A DNA stretch of 35,969 nt from Acidobacteriota bacterium (GTDB lineage: Bacteria; Acidobacteriota; UBA890; WLXD01). The stretch covers positions 1 through 35,969 of the forward strand of contig CAXWPH010000004.1 in assembly GCA_963666055.2 (NCBI GenBank), given 5' to 3'. The position numbers and the translations under genes are program-made. This document shows, one piece after another, positions 34,223 through 35,969 of this stretch; positions within the stretch are counted from its first letter, which is position 1, and every line of letters starts with the position of its first letter. Under the pieces are notes generated by a model. That model was given only the letters and a program-made list of their open reading frames with translations. It was not told the origin of the DNA and did not search any database.

Positions 34223-34738
34223 TCAGACTCGCTTCTGAGCCAAGTAGATCGCGCCGATCATCGCCACCAGCAGCAACATCGATGCGATCTCGAAGGGCAA
34301 CAGGAAGTCGGTGTAGAGCGACATCCCGATCGTCTCGGTGTTGCCCTGTTCGACGGCTCGCAGAACAGTCTCGGCTTGCTCGGGCGCTACCGCGAGCGCG
34401 CCGGCACCACCCCAGAGCAAGTAGCCGATCTCGGCTACCAAGACCAGCAGCATCGCTCCGGCCGGTAACCATTGCCGGTGCAGATACTCGCCCTCGTTGA
34501 CCTCGTTGAGGTTCACCAGCATGACCACGAACAAGAACAGCACCACGATGCCGCCAGCATAAACCAGGATCTGTACCGCGGCCACGAACTCCGCCTGCAA
34601 CAGAATGAACAGCGCGCCTACGCCTATGAACGACACCACCATGTAGACGATGGAGTGCACCAACTGGCGGCTCGTGACCATGAGCAGGGCGCTCACGATC
34701 ACGATCGAGGCGATGATATAGAAGGCGATGCTTTCCAT
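34223..34738 (-). CDS. nuoJ: NADH-quinone oxidoreductase subunit J
   Basis: Motifs AEFVAAVQILVYAGGIVVLFLFVVML and LPFEIASMLLLVAMIGAI. ATG at 34738. Confidence 0.95.
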   Translation of the reverse strand: MESIAFYIIASIVIVSALLMVTSRQLVHSIVYMVVSFIGVGALFILLQAEFVAAVQILVYAGGIVVLFLFVVMLVNLNEVNEGEYLHRQWLPAGAMLLVLVAEIGYLLWGGAGALAVAPEQAETVLRAVEQGNTETIGMSLYTDFLLPFEIASMLLLVAMIGAIYLAQKRV

Positions 34739-34746
34739 ACGGCAGG

Positions 34747-35202
34747 CTAACGCTCGTAGTGCACGATGTGGTGGCCGCTGTCGAGGATGCGAAGATCGTG
34801 GATCGAGTCCGCGCGGTTGTAGACCGCGGCCTCGAACTCGTTGCTGTGGTAGATCGAATCCACCGGGCAAACTTCTTCGCACAGGCCACAGAACAGACAG
34901 CGCGCGTGGTCGAGATAGAAGTAGGTGGCGTACTTGCCACCTTTGCCCCTGACGTAGCCGCGCTCACCGTCGAGCACGATGCAGTTGGCCGGGCAAATCT
35001 TCTCGCACAGGTAGCAGGCGATGCAGGTGGACTCGTCGACACGCAGGATGCCGCGGTAATTCGGATGGACCGACTCGCGCTCCAGCGGATACTGCACCGT
35101 GACCTTGGGGCGGAACGCGTACTTGAGCGTGAGCCACATTCCCTTGAGCAGTTCCACCAGCAGGAAGCTACTTAGGAGGCTCTTCTTGGGTGCCGAGGAC
35201 AT
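34747..35202 (-). CDS. nuoI: NADH-quinone oxidoreductase subunit I
   Basis: Two 4Fe-4S motifs, CIACYLCEKICP and CLFCGLCEEVCP, plus TVQYP. Probable ATG at 35202. Confidence 0.95.
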   Translation of the reverse strand: MSSAPKKSLLSSFLLVELLKGMWLTLKYAFRPKVTVQYPLERESVHPNYRGILRVDESTCIACYLCEKICPANCIVLDGERGYVRGKGGKYATYFYLDHARCLFCGLCEEVCPVDSIYHSNEFEAAVYNRADSIHDLRILDSGHHIVHYER

Positions 35203-35234
35203 GGTTGCCGCCTGTGACGACTGGTGAGCGGGCA

Positions 35235-35969
35235 TTAGGCTACCAGAAGCATGACGAGCCCGGTGACGAGCAGATTTGCGATTGCCAGCGGGATAAGGGA
35301 CTTCCAGTTCAGCCGCATCAGCTGATCGTAGCGGTAGCGTGGGAAGGTACCGCGGATCCAGATGTAGACGAACAGGAACGTGGCGACCTTGAGAATGAAC
35401 CAGGCACCGCTGGGGACCAGATCGAGGAATGCGAGCGCCTCGACGCTCGGGAACGGCCGCAGCCAGCCGCCCCAGAAGAGCGTCACGTTGGCCGCTGCCA
35501 TCACCAGCATCGCAGTGTACTCGCCAAGGAAGAAAAGCGCCCAGCGCATTCCGGAGTACTCGGTGAAGAACCCGGCGACGAGCTCCGAATCGGCCTCCGC
35601 CATGTCGAACGGGGGTCGGTTGGTCTCGGCCACCATGGCGATCGTGAAGATTCCCCAGGCTACCGGCTGCACGAACACGAACCAGACTCCCATGTCGCGC
35701 TGTGCTTCAACGATGCCTACCATCGACAGCGTACCGGCGACCATGAGCGCCGAGAGCACGGCAAAGGTCAGCGCTATCTCGTACGACACCATCTGCGCGG
35801 CGGCGCGTAGCGCTCCCAGCAGTGGATACTTCGAATTGCTCGACCAGCCGCCGAGGATAACGCCGTAGGTGCCCAGACCGCTGATCGCGAAAATTAGCAG
35901 GATGCCGACGTTCACGTCGGCGATCACGCCCGGGATGTGGTACCCGAAAAGCGTGATTCCTTCGCCGAA
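35235..35969 (-). CDS. nuoH: NADH-quinone oxidoreductase subunit H (partial, 5' end beyond the window)
   Basis: Motifs GWSSNSKYPLLGALR, AETNRPPFDMAEADSELVAG and PRYRYDQLM. The frame stays open to the window edge. Confidence 0.96.
   Translation of the reverse strand, partial: FGEGITLFGYHIPGVIADVNVGILLIFAISGLGTYGVILGGWSSNSKYPLLGALRAAAQMVSYEIALTFAVLSALMVAGTLSMVGIVEAQRDMGVWFVFVQPVAWGIFTIAMVAETNRPPFDMAEADSELVAGFFTEYSGMRWALFFLGEYTAMLVMAAANVTLFWGGWLRPFPSVEALAFLDLVPSGAWFILKVATFLFVYIWIRGTFPRYRYDQLMRLNWKSLIPLAIANLLVTGLVMLLVA

Overview
GC-rich bacterial chromosomal window. It is most consistent with an Acidobacteriota-like diderm, inferred from two GWxTD proteins, an acidobacterial-type VWA protein, a CRTAC1/ASPIC-UnbV protein and a split F0 atp operon. 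From left to right it contains: (1) a small, apparently damaged exopolysaccharide module with an OPX/Wza-like gene, an in-frame interrupted beta-barrel gene and a convergent priming sugar transferase; (2) moaC; (3) an envelope cluster of GWxTD-TPR, CRTAC1-like, acidic GWxTD, transglutaminase-like/TPR lipoprotein, Ig-VWA, exbB-exbD-exbD-tonB and TPR genes, followed by a DoxX gene; (4) five tandem GT4 glycosyltransferases plus a small coiled-coil ORF; (5) F0 ATP synthase genes atpZ-[two-gene insert]-atpI-atpB-atpE directly downstream of nuoH(partial)IJKLMN. Four signals stand out. A CTAG-anchored repeat (CTAGCAGGCCGTGGTG...) occurs four times, and two copies bracket a secreted gene inserted into the atp operon next to an ATP-grasp gene. 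NuoL has a 26-residue tandem duplication in its lateral helix, a hallmark of 2M complex I, although only one nuoM is present. The OPX and beta-barrel genes share one reading frame broken only by two TAG codons. One GT4 paralog carries a CxxCxxxxC insertion. No rRNA, tRNA, CRISPR array or transposase was seen. All family calls come from motif recognition by eye, not from database searches.
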